Positions 15,913 through 25,488 of a DNA stretch of 64,000 nucleotides are shown here, piece by piece. Source of the stretch: Candidatus Omnitrophota bacterium. GTDB taxonomy: Bacteria; Omnitrophota; Gorgyraeia; Gygaellales; Profunditerraquicolaceae. The translations under genes and the position numbers were made by a program. The stretch's first letter is position 1. Every line of letters begins with the position of its first letter. Location: the NCBI GenBank assembly GCA_023227985.1, contig JALOCB010000001.1, positions 1,431-65,430 of the forward strand, read 5' to 3'. Under the pieces are notes generated by a model. That model searched no databases. It saw only the letters and a program-made list of their open reading frames with translations, and was not told where the DNA came from.

Positions 15913-16371
15913 TTAAATGTTTATCCGGGTCAGATTTAAAACGTCTTCATAGGCCTGTATAAGGCAAGGATTGTTTTTCAAGATATTAATAAATTCGGGG
16001 CTTTGGCAAAATCCGCCCATTTCCAGCAGAGAATCAAAAAACCCTTTTTTGCCCAGGTTATCCTTAATGAAAACACAATTCGGGTCTATCCCCAGAAAAA
16101 CCCCGGCCGGCGAACGGTTGATCAAAAAAGGATAAAGCCGGCAATCAAGCGGACGCTTAGCGTAAACCCGGCATTCATTGGTTTTAGTATCCAGGAACCC
16201 GCAAAGATAACTCCCTCGCCCGGGATCGGGCAAAACGGATATTTCAGCAAAGCGCTCTTCCTCTTCGGCCAGCAAGTGCGGCAGCCACACGGAATCTTTC
16301 TCGGCGAACCGGCAGCACCCCCGGCAGGAGAGGCAATATCCTTCGGGTATCAGATCTTCAAACTCAGGCAT
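15913..16371 (-). CDS. YkgJ family cysteine-cluster (CxxCxxCC) protein
   Basis: N-terminal CLSCRGCC plus further conserved Cys residues. 152 aa. Confidence 0.7.
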   Translation of the reverse strand: MPEFEDLIPEGYCLSCRGCCRFAEKDSVWLPHLLAEEEERFAEISVLPDPGRGSYLCGFLDTKTNECRVYAKRPLDCRLYPFLINRSPAGVFLGIDPNCVFIKDNLGKKGFFDSLLEMGGFCQSPEFINILKNNPCLIQAYEDVLNLTRINI

Positions 16372-16372
16372 A

Positions 16373-16693
16373 TTATTTTACAGTGCTTCCTAATCGCACT
16401 TCCTTGGCCGGGCTGATTATAACTATGCCGTTCTCGTCTTTGGCCGCCAGGAGCATACCCTGGCTCTCAACGCCGCGCAATACCGCCGGCTGAAGGTTAT
16501 CCACGATCACGATCTGCTTGCCGACCAATTCTTCCTTGGCATAACCCGGCTTTATCCCGGCGACGATCTGCTTGGTCTTGTCGCCGGCATCCACCGTGAT
16601 AACGTATAATTTATCCGCATCCGGATGGTCAACTACCTGCGTGATCCTGGCTACCTTTAATTCTATTTTTTTAAAATCCTCTATAGTGATCAT
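16373..16693 (-). CDS. tRNA-binding domain protein (CsaA / Myf-EMAPII-like)
   Basis: 106 aa. FKKIELKVARITQVVDHPDADKLYVITVDAGD...QIVAGIKPGY matches the CsaA/MetRS C-terminal tRNA-binding OB fold. Strong RBS AAGGAGG 6 nt upstream. Confidence 0.75.
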   Translation of the reverse strand: MITIEDFKKIELKVARITQVVDHPDADKLYVITVDAGDKTKQIVAGIKPGYAKEELVGKQIVIVDNLQPAVLRGVESQGMLLAAKDENGIVIISPAKEVRLGSTVK

Positions 16694-16708
16694 CCCCGCC
16701 TCCTTATG

Positions 16709-16736
16709 AAAAAAAGCACCTCTAAAAAGGTGCTGG
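16709..16736 (-). terminator. Rho-independent terminator (agcacct / loop / aggtgct + U7 on the - strand) after the receiver-GGDEF gene
   Basis: On the - strand: agcacctttttagaggtgcttttttt. Sits only ~16 nt upstream of the csaA-like ATG. Confidence 0.55.
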
Positions 16737-16787
16737 CCTAAAAGCTTGAATGGCGCCCCGCATATATACCCGAGGGCTGTAACCTTG

Positions 16788-17732
16788 CTAGTTCTTTCTC
16801 TTGTCTTTCACATAAACACTGCCGCCCAGGCTTTTTGCGTAATGCTTGAGTTCAGCGGCTATCTGGCTGATATGGGCGACATGGGTGAAAGTCCGGCATT
16901 CGTTGGTTATTACCGCTACAGCTATGCCTACCAGCGGGATCTGGCAGAGATCGCCCATCCTGTTCTTGGCTACGACGTAACCGCGTTTTTTGTCTTCTTC
17001 ATTATAAAATTGCCCCTTACCCGCCTCAAATTTCTCGACGACCTCTTTGGCCACATCTTCCCATTTATCCGTAGTAGTAATAAAGATAAAATCGTCCCCG
17101 CCGATATGTCCAAGGAAATCACTGGCGGAGCCCCGGCTTTTCAAAGCCTTGATTATTATCTGGGCGGTATAATAAATGATCTTATCCCCCATCTCAAACC
17201 CATAGCCGTCATTAAACTCCTTGAATTTGTTCAGATCCACGTACCCCACGGCGAAAAGTTCTTTGGACTTAAGCCTGGCTTCCATCTCTTTCATCACTGA
17301 GATATTCCCAGGTAGTTTCGTCAGGGGATTGGCGTCCAGGTCGCGGGTCATCCGGACAAACGAAGCCTTGACCCGGGCCAGCAGCTCCGCCGGCTCAAAA
17401 GGCTTCTCCACATAGTCATCCGCGCCGGCGTATATGCCTTTTATCTTGGCCATTGAATCCCTCGTTTCCATGAGCAAAATGACATTGCTGTGTTTTAAAT
17501 CAAAGCTGCTGCGGATACTCTTACAGATATCCATGCCATTGACTTTTTCGGAGGTAAAATCAGCTATGACAAGATGGAACGGCTCTTGTCCCAGGATTAA
17601 AAATCCTTCTTCCTGGTTATTAGCCACCTTGACGTTATATCCTTCGCCCATAAGCAGGGCGCTCAGGAACTCGCTGGATTCTTTTTCACTCACGATAAGC
17701 AGGATATCGCCTTCTGATGACGCAGAACTCAT
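16788..17732 (-). CDS. Response regulator receiver domain fused to GGDEF domain (motif variant GGDDF)
   Basis: N-terminal receiver ([11 protein letters not shown]...[11 protein letters not shown]). C-terminal GGDEF-family domain with [10 protein letters not shown] in place of the canonical GGDEF/GGEEF. Confidence 0.75.
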   Translation of the reverse strand: MSSASSEGDILLIVSEKESSEFLSALLMGEGYNVKVANNQEEGFLILGQEPFHLVIADFTSEKVNGMDICKSIRSSFDLKHSNVILLMETRDSMAKIKGIYAGADDYVEKPFEPAELLARVKASFVRMTRDLDANPLTKLPGNISVMKEMEARLKSKELFAVGYVDLNKFKEFNDGYGFEMGDKIIYYTAQIIIKALKSRGSASDFLGHIGGDDFIFITTTDKWEDVAKEVVEKFEAGKGQFYNEEDKKRGYVVAKNRMGDLCQIPLVGIAVAVITNECRTFTHVAHISQIAAELKHYAKSLGGSVYVKDKRKN

Positions 17733-17742
17733 CTCGCCTCCT

Positions 17743-18354
17743 CTAATCTAAAGATTCAAGCAGTTTCTTGCACGCCTTTTGAATATAACCCATAGCCTCG
17801 TCGGTCAAAATAAGGTAGAAACTGCCGTTTATTCTCGCATTAGGTTCAACAAAAACAGCCTCGGCGAACAGAACATTGGCATCCTTGGAATAAGGGGCCA
17901 TTACCATATTAAGCGATTGCTGGATCGAACCGCTGACCAGAGTCGGGATGGAAGGGATGACGATCGTTTTTAAGATCATACTCAGGGCCCCTACATACGA
18001 AGAAATAATGACGTTGCCGACTTCCTTAATTACCGACAAGCCCATTTCGGTGAATCTGCTCCCTTTCTTATCGTCGGGGTGAACGCGGTAACAAAGGTCG
18101 ACAAGTTTAAACGCGCTTTTTTCTTCCAGGACAAAAATTATCTCGCCTTTAAGGCCGCTGAGAATATTACAGGCTACGCTGATTACGACAGTATTGGCGG
18201 CGATCTTCTGCGAGATCCGGCTGGTAGTAACGATATCCAGAGAAGGCATCTCAACATCTATTTTAGTCCCCAGGATCTCGGAAAGGGCGATGCTTCCGTG
18301 GCCTGCGGCGATACTGCCGACCTCTCTTAAAATATCCATTTCGTCTTTCATCAA
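17743..18354 (-). CDS. CheC-like chemotaxis phosphatase family protein (CheC/CheX/FliY)
   Basis: [23 protein letters not shown] matches the CheC consensus (E.GNI..G.AA.ALS.L). 203 aa. RBS GGAAGGAG upstream. Confidence 0.65.
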   Translation of the reverse strand: MMKDEMDILREVGSIAAGHGSIALSEILGTKIDVEMPSLDIVTTSRISQKIAANTVVISVACNILSGLKGEIIFVLEEKSAFKLVDLCYRVHPDDKKGSRFTEMGLSVIKEVGNVIISSYVGALSMILKTIVIPSIPTLVSGSIQQSLNMVMAPYSKDANVLFAEAVFVEPNARINGSFYLILTDEAMGYIQKACKKLLESLD

Positions 18355-18376
18355 AACTCCTTCCGGATGAAACGCC

Positions 18377-18411
18377 TTAGTATCTTAGAAGCAATCTTCT
18401 CAAGATACTAA
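18377..18411 (-). promoter_or_regulatory. Near-perfect palindrome (ttagtatcttagaag / cttctcaagatactaa) in the 5' leader of the cheC-like gene
   Basis: Read directly. Lies ~25 nt upstream of the cheC-like start codon and just upstream of its RBS. Confidence 0.35.
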
Positions 18412-18455
18412 ATTATCACAGGAAAACCGCTTAGGCAAGCCCTTTTAACCTCCCG

Positions 18456-18488
18456 TCTAAAAACAAAAAGCACCCGCAAGGGGGTGCT
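18456..18488 (-). terminator. Rho-independent terminator downstream of the tRNA pair
   Basis: The - strand reads gcaccccc ttgc gggtgc followed by tttttgttttt. Confidence 0.5.
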
Positions 18489-18611
18489 TCGGTGTTACTT
18501 TTATCCCTCGCGTAAGCGCTCAAAACTTATTACAGGTTTTTTCGCACGCTTAGGGATCAATTCGGCCATATAACTTCCGTTCATCCGCTTCTCTTCTTTC
18601 GGAAGTTATGG

Positions 18612-18687
18612 TCTTATTAACGGGGTCGACGAGATTTGAACTCGCGATCTTCGCCGTGACAGGGCGACGTGTTAAACCAGGCTACAC
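18612..18687 (-). tRNA. tRNA-Asp (anticodon GTC)
   Basis: Manual cloverleaf: acceptor GGGGTCG/CGACCCC, anticodon stem TCGCC/GGCGA, loop CTGTCAC, T-loop GTTCAAATC. Confidence 0.8.
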
Positions 18688-18770
18688 TACGACCCCATAA
18701 TTTACTTTCAGGATGTTAATTGTAAGCTAAAACCGGACTAAATGCAACTTTTATTTGTTTCCGGTAAAAA

Positions 18771-18844
18771 TGGGCGGTACAGGACTTGAACCTGTAACCT
18801 TTTGAATGTAAATCAAACGCGCTAACCAATTGCGCCAACCGCCC
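18771..18844 (-). tRNA. tRNA-Val (anticodon TAC)
   Basis: Manual cloverleaf: acceptor GGGCGGT/ACCGCCC, D-stem GCGC/GCGC, anticodon stem TTTGA/TCAAA, loop TTTACAT, T-arm ACAGG-TTCAAGT-CCTGT. Confidence 0.75.
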
Positions 18845-18895
18845 GCAAAAAGAGTATTTAATACTACCACATAACCCGCGGAATTTCAACCCTGT

Positions 18896-19354
18896 TTAAG
18901 CCCCGGTAAATTTCCCCAGTATGCCCAAAGTAAAGGCCATAACGAACAAGGCTACGGTCTCAGTCATGCCCAATACAACTATGTAGTTCCCGAACCCTTT
19001 ATTTGTCTCGCCCATAGCGTCGCAGGCCGCGGCCGCGCATTTCCCCTGAAAAAAAGCGCTAAGTCCCATAGCCGCTCCGGCAAAAGCCCCGATGCCCCAG
19101 AGATATTGGCCTTGGGTAGAGATCTCATATATCTTATTCATTACGATCATGCCGTATATGGTCTGGGTAAGCGGCGCGCCCACAAAAGCTACGAGCATAA
19201 ACGAAGCCGCTTTATTCTGAATATAATTCTTTTTCCAGGCGCCAATAGCCGCCATACCGGCGCTCCCCGCGCCGGCCGCAGAGCCGAAAGCCGCCAAAGC
19301 CAAAACCATTGCTAACCCCAGATCCTTGAACTGCATAAGAACGCTTGGTTCCAT
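18896..19354 (-). CDS. atpK: V-type ATP synthase subunit K (proteolipid c)
   Basis: 152 aa, two-hairpin proteolipid rich in Gly/Ala (GSAAGAGSAGMAAIG; GMTETVALFVMAF with the conserved Glu). Confidence 0.8.
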   Translation of the reverse strand: MEPSVLMQFKDLGLAMVLALAAFGSAAGAGSAGMAAIGAWKKNYIQNKAASFMLVAFVGAPLTQTIYGMIVMNKIYEISTQGQYLWGIGAFAGAAMGLSAFFQGKCAAAACDAMGETNKGFGNYIVVLGMTETVALFVMAFTLGILGKFTGA

Positions 19355-19501
19355 TTTATCCTCCTTAGGTAATTACTGTTCAGGCCTATTCTCTTCCCGC
19401 TAAATGCCCCGGCTTAGCAGTCTGCACCCGGCCGTATAGAAACGTCCGGGGTAGCCTTGTGGCTTAAGGAACTCGCGAAAAAAGAATGCCCTTGCACTAT
19501 T

Positions 19502-21262
19502 TTATTCTTTCAACGGGCTATACGCGACACCGCTCCAAGACACTTGGGCGTGACTGGAAAATTCCAAAACATTAAGCCTAACCCCATGCACCAGCACTGA
19601 CATCGGCCCCAATGCAATATTCAGGCTATGCCCGATCACTGCGATCGCCGCGCTCGCCAGAACAGCTAAAACTCCATTTCCCAGCCCGGAAGCCATGACA
19701 TTGGCTGTATCGGCTATAGCTACTCCGGCCAGACCTACCGCGAAAAGACGCACATACGAAACTACGTCGGTAAAATTGTTCATCAGGCTGAGGGCTATAG
19801 TCCCCATTCCTTCGCCGATAGCCTTAAAGACATTCCGCTGGGGGTTGGTGAACAAGATCACCAGCCCGACCCCGGCGATTATCAACCATTTTACCTGGCC
19901 GGGTAACGGCTCCGAAAGGATCAAATTACGAGCCAGGAAGAACGCGCTCCAGAGCACCCCGATCCAGCCTATATCCGCCAGTGCGGACAGGGAAGGTGAT
20001 TTCAAAACCGCCCTCCAGGCATGGGCGATGGACAAATGCAGCGCCCCCAGGAAGAAACAAAAACTCTGCATGAACTTTATATCGTTTAGAAGCGGGACCA
20101 GCGGTTTTACCCCGTGCCTAACCAGCCATTCCTGGCCGAAAAAAGTCCCGGTTAACATCCCCCATACAACAGCGCAGGAACTTAAAAGATAAAAAAGCGG
20201 AAAAACATTCCCGGAGGACTTATTCTTACCCGTTTTTTTATGCATCAAACCGGTCAAAATAAGATATACCAGGCCATAACCGGCGTCGCCTATTATTATG
20301 CCAAAAAATACGCTGAAGAAGATCAGGAACAAAATACTGACATCCAGCTCCCTGTACCCTGGGGTGATCCCCAAAAGGCCCAGAACAGGCTTGATCAACT
20401 CTACCCATTTGGGATTACGGATCAATGTCGGGACATTATCGTCCTGCGCCGGCTCACGGATAGAGATCGCCCATTTATTGTCCCTGGCAGTCGCCTGGAG
20501 CATCACGCACGCGTCAATAGGGGCATACCCCGCCAGATAAGCGCAGCACCCGGACCGGCCCATCCCGCTCACGGCCCGCTGGAATTCCAGTTCCTTTTCC
20601 AAAATCCTGCGTGATCCGCCTATCCCCGAATAATAACCCGCGTATTTTTTCAGCTCTTTTTCAAGCATTTTCTCCAGGCGGGAATCTTCTTCTAACTTAC
20701 TGCGCATTTGGCCTAAAGACGCCTTGGGCAGAACAATTTCTTTGGCGGGGACCTCGACTTTGTCCCTGGATATAACCAAACAATTGACAATACCGTTGCG
20801 CTGCGAAATCTTTTTAACGATCACCCCCTGCGGCAGGGCATACAATTCCTTTAAAGACATCCTATATAGCCGGATCAATATATCCTTCCGGGACAGCCTT
20901 TCAATCAGCGAAGGATCAAAATCCCCCCATTCCTGCCACTCGCTGATCCGGATCTTAAGCAACCGCGAATATTCCCGGAGTTGATCTAACCGTTTATCCT
21001 GATCAATAATATGCCGGCAGATATTCCTCCAGTCCGCTGCTTGTTCTCTAGGCGCATCCTCGATATCCCGGCAATAACGGGATAAGATATCTCCCGCGGA
21101 CTTTGCGAGGTTTATATCTTCCTGCAGGCTCGTAATATCTTTCCCTTGAGGCACTTGCTGATGCTCTAAGTGCATCACTCCCAATTTACGCAATTGGGAA
21201 ATAGTACCGCCAGCGTCTTTCGCCTGGCAGATGCAATAGACCTTCTTCATCGCTACGATCAT
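19502..21262 (-). CDS. atpI: V-type ATP synthase subunit I (a subunit)
   Basis: 586 aa. Soluble N-terminal half, polytopic C-terminal half. Position in the V-ATPase operon. Confidence 0.7.
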   Translation of the reverse strand: MIVAMKKVYCICQAKDAGGTISQLRKLGVMHLEHQQVPQGKDITSLQEDINLAKSAGDILSRYCRDIEDAPREQAADWRNICRHIIDQDKRLDQLREYSRLLKIRISEWQEWGDFDPSLIERLSRKDILIRLYRMSLKELYALPQGVIVKKISQRNGIVNCLVISRDKVEVPAKEIVLPKASLGQMRSKLEEDSRLEKMLEKELKKYAGYYSGIGGSRRILEKELEFQRAVSGMGRSGCCAYLAGYAPIDACVMLQATARDNKWAISIREPAQDDNVPTLIRNPKWVELIKPVLGLLGITPGYRELDVSILFLIFFSVFFGIIIGDAGYGLVYLILTGLMHKKTGKNKSSGNVFPLFYLLSSCAVVWGMLTGTFFGQEWLVRHGVKPLVPLLNDIKFMQSFCFFLGALHLSIAHAWRAVLKSPSLSALADIGWIGVLWSAFFLARNLILSEPLPGQVKWLIIAGVGLVILFTNPQRNVFKAIGEGMGTIALSLMNNFTDVVSYVRLFAVGLAGVAIADTANVMASGLGNGVLAVLASAAIAVIGHSLNIALGPMSVLVHGVRLNVLEFSSHAQVSWSGVAYSPLKE

Positions 21263-21876
21263 GCCGCCACCTCGGCCAGATCCAGCTCTTCGATCTTGCG
21301 TTTGGCGATCTTACATCTGCCTACCGCGTTAGCCATCTGGTCTCCTATATATATCTTTATCCTGCGGATAACCTCTTGCGCCTCCGGGATCTTCACCTTC
21401 TCGAAAAGATTCACCCTTTGGGCAGTGATGCGCAGTTCCTGTTTAAGGATATCCACCGCCTGTTCTATATAGCGGATCTCTTCATTCAGGCAAACCAACT
21501 CCCTTAAAAGATCGATCGCGCTGTCCACCCACGCGGGGGTCAAAAACAGATCATATTCCGCCTCGCTGAAATCCACGCGCTCAAGGACAGAAAGGTCAAC
21601 CCCGGCGATATTCCTCGCGGAAGTGATCATCTTTACCGGACTGATCCATTGCGCTAAAAACACATCTTGCTCCGCCAAAAGCCCTGTCCAGGACAAAATA
21701 GAAAGCCTTTTGGAATTTTCCAGCCGGCGCTTCTCTTCGGCCAGAGAATTCCAATGCAATATCTCCATCTGTAACTGCTGTTTCTTAAGCTGGAGCGTCG
21801 GCAGGTAACGTTCGAATTGCCGCAGAGAATCGCGTTGTTTTTTTAATTCGCCTTTGGTTAATTTTATCTTGGCCAT
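21259..21876 (-). CDS. atpD: V-type ATP synthase subunit D
   Basis: MAKIKLTKGELKKQRDSLRQFERYLPTLQLKKQQL: canonical subunit D N-terminus. Confidence 0.8.
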   Translation of the reverse strand: MAKIKLTKGELKKQRDSLRQFERYLPTLQLKKQQLQMEILHWNSLAEEKRRLENSKRLSILSWTGLLAEQDVFLAQWISPVKMITSARNIAGVDLSVLERVDFSEAEYDLFLTPAWVDSAIDLLRELVCLNEEIRYIEQAVDILKQELRITAQRVNLFEKVKIPEAQEVIRRIKIYIGDQMANAVGRCKIAKRKIEELDLAEVAA

Positions 21877-21882
21877 GCGATA

Positions 21883-23178
21883 TTACCTCTTCGGCCAGTA
21901 TTGTTCGATCAGCGCCTTCTTGATCGCGGTCTCTTCGGGGGTAAAGCACTCGCTTAATATCTCCCAGCCGCGGTCCAGGGCTTTTTCCAACGGAATATTG
22001 ACCTTTAAAGACATCATTTCTGTCTCAAAAAGCCCTCCGTATTTTAAAAGCTTCCTGTCCCAGGCGCTCATCTGAAAGCCCATAGCCTGCTTTTCCAGGG
22101 CTTCCCGATAGCTGGCGAATAACTGGATCATAGTGTCCATAATGGTCCGGTGGTCGCAGCGGGTTTTTCCGTTAACCTGCTGCTTCAACCGGCTTAAAGA
22201 ACCAAACGGCTCGATAACGCCGTTCTTCAGGTAAAACTGCCCTTCAGTGATATAGCCGGTGTTGTCCGGGACCGGATGGGTAACGTCATCCCCGGGCATA
22301 GTGGTGACCGCGAGTATCGTAATAGATCCGGCGGAATCAAAATCCACCGCTTTCTCGTACCGGCTGGCTAACTGGCTATAAAGGTCTCCGGGATAGCCGC
22401 GGTTGGAAGGGACTTGTTCCATGGTAATGGAGACCTCCTTGAGGGCGTCGGCGAAATTGGTCATATCCGACAAAAGCACCAGGACCTTTTTCCCTTTCAA
22501 GGCGAAATGCTCGGCCACCGCCAGGCTGATATCCGGTACAAGCAGGCATTCCACGGTCGGGTCAGAAGCGGTATGGATAAAGAATATCGACCGGGAAAGC
22601 GCGCCTTGTTCTTCAAGCGTTTCCCTGAAAAAAAGATAATCGTCATATTTAAGCCCCATACCGCCGAGGATGATAATATCCACTTCCGCCTGGATCGCGA
22701 TCCTGGCCAGCACATCATTATACGGCTCTCCGGCGATTGAAAAAATCGGCAGTTTCTGCGATTCCACCAGGGAATTAAAGACATCGATCATCGGGATGCC
22801 TGTGCGGATCATTTTATTGGGAATGATCCTCTTTACCGGGTTTACCGGTTGGCCGCCGATATCCACGGGATTATCGGTCAAAACCGGCCCCTTATCCAAA
22901 GGCTGGCCGCTTCCATTGAATATCCTGCCTAACAGGTCTTCGCTGGCGCTGATGCGCATAGAATGGCCGAGAAAACGGACAGGGTCCTGCGTAGAAACGC
23001 CTTTACTGCCGGCGAATATCTGAAGGGAAACGCGTTTACCATCCAGGCGGATTACCTGGCCCAGAGAAACCCCGCGGGAAGTGGTTATCTCGGCGATGTC
23101 ATTGTACCCGACGCCGTCGGCCTCCACGGTAATCACGTCCCCGGCTACCTGAACGATATTAGTATAGATCTTATTCAT
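21883..23178 (-). CDS. atpB: V-type ATP synthase subunit B
   Basis: 431 aa, non-catalytic alpha/beta-family nucleotide-binding fold. Overlaps atpA by 8 nt. Confidence 0.9.
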   Translation of the reverse strand: MNKIYTNIVQVAGDVITVEADGVGYNDIAEITTSRGVSLGQVIRLDGKRVSLQIFAGSKGVSTQDPVRFLGHSMRISASEDLLGRIFNGSGQPLDKGPVLTDNPVDIGGQPVNPVKRIIPNKMIRTGIPMIDVFNSLVESQKLPIFSIAGEPYNDVLARIAIQAEVDIIILGGMGLKYDDYLFFRETLEEQGALSRSIFFIHTASDPTVECLLVPDISLAVAEHFALKGKKVLVLLSDMTNFADALKEVSITMEQVPSNRGYPGDLYSQLASRYEKAVDFDSAGSITILAVTTMPGDDVTHPVPDNTGYITEGQFYLKNGVIEPFGSLSRLKQQVNGKTRCDHRTIMDTMIQLFASYREALEKQAMGFQMSAWDRKLLKYGGLFETEMMSLKVNIPLEKALDRGWEILSECFTPEETAIKKALIEQYWPKR

Positions 23179-24925
23179 GGTTGTTCTCTTTCCCGATCTT
23201 GCGTTTTTGCTCTAAAAGAAGCGTTAATTCCTTCTCGATCTTTGCAAACTCATCAGACCTGAACTGGCTGGAATTCCACCCCTTAAAGAGCTGGCGCAGC
23301 TGTTGAAAGAACTGCAGCGACTTTTCCTTGTTTCCAAAATCGAATTCCTCCTCGAGGATATTATGGATGAAATTGAACACATATTCCTGCCGTTCCGCGG
23401 GGCAGGACTCATCTACCGGGTCAAAGGCGTTCTGCTGAAGATAGACAAAATCGAAGAATTCGCCTTTCAGGTAAACAATGTAATCCGCCAGAGAAGTGCC
23501 TTCTTCGCCGACAACCTTCATCATCTGGCTCACCTCGTGGCTTTTGCGCAGGATATCGCGGCCGCGTTCCTGCCGGTCCTGCTTAATTATGCTCGGGTAT
23601 TTGCTCCAACTGATCAGCGGATCGATCGCCGGGTACCGCCGGGCATCCGAGCGCTCGCGGGAAAGTCCGTGAAACGCGCCGACCACTTTCAATGTCGCCT
23701 GGGTCACCGGCTCTTCGAAATTGCCACCGGCAGGGCTTACTGTGCCGCCTATAGTCACTGAACCTAAAGACCCGTCATTGAGCCTGACCAATCCCGCGCG
23801 TTCATAAAAAGAGGCGATGCGCGATTCCAGATAAGCGGGAAAGGCCTCTTCTCCGGGGATCTCCTCCAGCCTGCCGGACATCTCGCGCATTGCCTGCGCC
23901 CAACGGGACGTGGAATCCGCGAGCAGCAGAACATTCAACCCCATCTGGCGGTAATACTCGGATATGGTCACCGCGGTGTAAACGCTGGATTCCCTTGCCG
24001 CGACAGGCATAGAACTGGTATTACAGATAATAACCGTACGGTCGCTTAACGGTTTCTTAGTCCGGGGATCGATCAATCCCGGGAATGTCTTTAATGTCTC
24101 CACCACTTCCCCGGCGCGCTCGCCGCAGGCGGCAATGATCACGATATCCGCTTCAGCGTGGCGGCTGGTCAACTGCTGCAGCACGGTCTTGCCCGCGCCG
24201 AAAGGCCCAGGTATACAGAATGTCCCTCCCATAGCTACCGGAAAAAGCGAATCGATCAGGCGTATCTTGGTGACTAACGGCTGGCTGGAACGGATTTTTT
24301 CCGCGTAAGCCTTGATCGGTATTTTTACCGGCCAGCTCTGTTTAAGATAAGCTTCCTCTTCCTTGCCGTCCGGGCGCAGCATCCGGGCAACAGGATGTTT
24401 TAAATCATATTTTCCGGCGGGAACCACGTCCACCACTTCAGCCAGGCCGCGCAAACCGAACGGGACCATGATAAAATGCTTGAATATTTTTTCCGGGACA
24501 AACCCCAGCTTATCCCCGGCCTTTACTTTATCGCCTTTTTTAACCAACGGGGTGAAATCCCATTCTTTCTCTTCGTCCAGGGGAGATAGATAAGCCCCTC
24601 GTTTCAGAAAAAATCCGTATTGGCGTGCCAACTCCGGCAAAGGGTTCTCCAAACCGTCAAAGATCCCGCCCAGCATACCCGGGCCAAGTTCTACCGAAAG
24701 CAGTTCGCCGGTGAACTCTACCGGTTCCCCGACCTGCAGGCCGGCGGTACTCTCATAAACCTGGGTCTCCGCCAAATCCCGCCTTACCCGGATCACCTCC
24801 GCTTTCAGGGCTTCATTGCCGTGTTTGATATAAGCGACTTCATTCTGGATCACCAGAGAATCCGCCTGGGCCGTGACCATATTACCGCTGATCTTTACGA
24901 TCTTGCCGCTTCTTCTATGCTGCAT
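23171..24925 (-). CDS. atpA: V-type ATP synthase subunit A (catalytic)
   Basis: 584 aa. Walker A GPFGAGKT. Non-homologous insert region typical of A subunits. Confidence 0.9.
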   Translation of the reverse strand: MQHRRSGKIVKISGNMVTAQADSLVIQNEVAYIKHGNEALKAEVIRVRRDLAETQVYESTAGLQVGEPVEFTGELLSVELGPGMLGGIFDGLENPLPELARQYGFFLKRGAYLSPLDEEKEWDFTPLVKKGDKVKAGDKLGFVPEKIFKHFIMVPFGLRGLAEVVDVVPAGKYDLKHPVARMLRPDGKEEEAYLKQSWPVKIPIKAYAEKIRSSQPLVTKIRLIDSLFPVAMGGTFCIPGPFGAGKTVLQQLTSRHAEADIVIIAACGERAGEVVETLKTFPGLIDPRTKKPLSDRTVIICNTSSMPVAARESSVYTAVTISEYYRQMGLNVLLLADSTSRWAQAMREMSGRLEEIPGEEAFPAYLESRIASFYERAGLVRLNDGSLGSVTIGGTVSPAGGNFEEPVTQATLKVVGAFHGLSRERSDARRYPAIDPLISWSKYPSIIKQDRQERGRDILRKSHEVSQMMKVVGEEGTSLADYIVYLKGEFFDFVYLQQNAFDPVDESCPAERQEYVFNFIHNILEEEFDFGNKEKSLQFFQQLRQLFKGWNSSQFRSDEFAKIEKELTLLLEQKRKIGKENNHE

Positions 24926-24946
24926 GATTAAACCTCTCTATGAATT

Positions 24947-25486
24947 TCAATGTTTTTCGCTTAATTCCATAACCCGCTTAAGCTGGGCCTGATTGTCCGC
25001 TCCGCTGATATTCGCCCAGCGCAGGAGTATGCGTAATTTCAAACAGTAGATGATCAGGGCGTCCAGATCAAAGTAATGCCCAAAAGAAAGCTCTTCCAGC
25101 TTTTTCCATCTTTCCTGGTCGAGGAACTTCTCCGCTTCCGCCGGCGAAGGGATGCGCCGGCTGTTAGCCGCAATATGGACAAGCCCGCTATCCCCGGATC
25201 CGTCCGGGCGCAGATATTTAGCAGGCTCGATCTTCCTGCGGCTGGCGCGGACTTTAACCAGTTCATTGCGCAATCCGGTCTCGAATGCCTGCCATTGTTT
25301 TAATGTCGGCTGCCTGGCCGGATGATCCAATAACGCTTTGCCGGCGCAAAGCCCTAAGGTCTGATAATCCTCTTCCGGAATAAGGTCCCGGCACATTCCC
25401 ATAAAACGTTCCAAGGAATATTCTGGTTTTGCCCCGAACTGGAGCACAGGAAGACTGGAGATCAAATAAGTATAGAACTCCGGCAT
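24947..25486 (-). CDS. Hypothetical protein in the conserved position between atpE and atpA of Chlamydia/spirochete-type V-ATPase operons (DUF2764-like)
   Basis: 179 aa, no recognisable catalytic motif. Call is by operon position only (atpE - hyp - atpA - atpB - atpD - atpI - atpK order). Confidence 0.4.
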   Translation of the reverse strand: MPEFYTYLISSLPVLQFGAKPEYSLERFMGMCRDLIPEEDYQTLGLCAGKALLDHPARQPTLKQWQAFETGLRNELVKVRASRRKIEPAKYLRPDGSGDSGLVHIAANSRRIPSPAEAEKFLDQERWKKLEELSFGHYFDLDALIIYCLKLRILLRWANISGADNQAQLKRVMELSEKH

Positions 25487-25488
25487 TG

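Noticed and set aside
16788-17732. Calling the GGDDF protein an inactive (degenerate) GGDEF
   Set aside because: Activity cannot be judged from the motif alone; some non-canonical variants retain activity. Reported neutrally as a variant.
19355-19501. 147-nt gap between atpI and atpK as a regulatory RNA
   Set aside because: No recognisable motif. Probably just an intercistronic spacer with an RBS.
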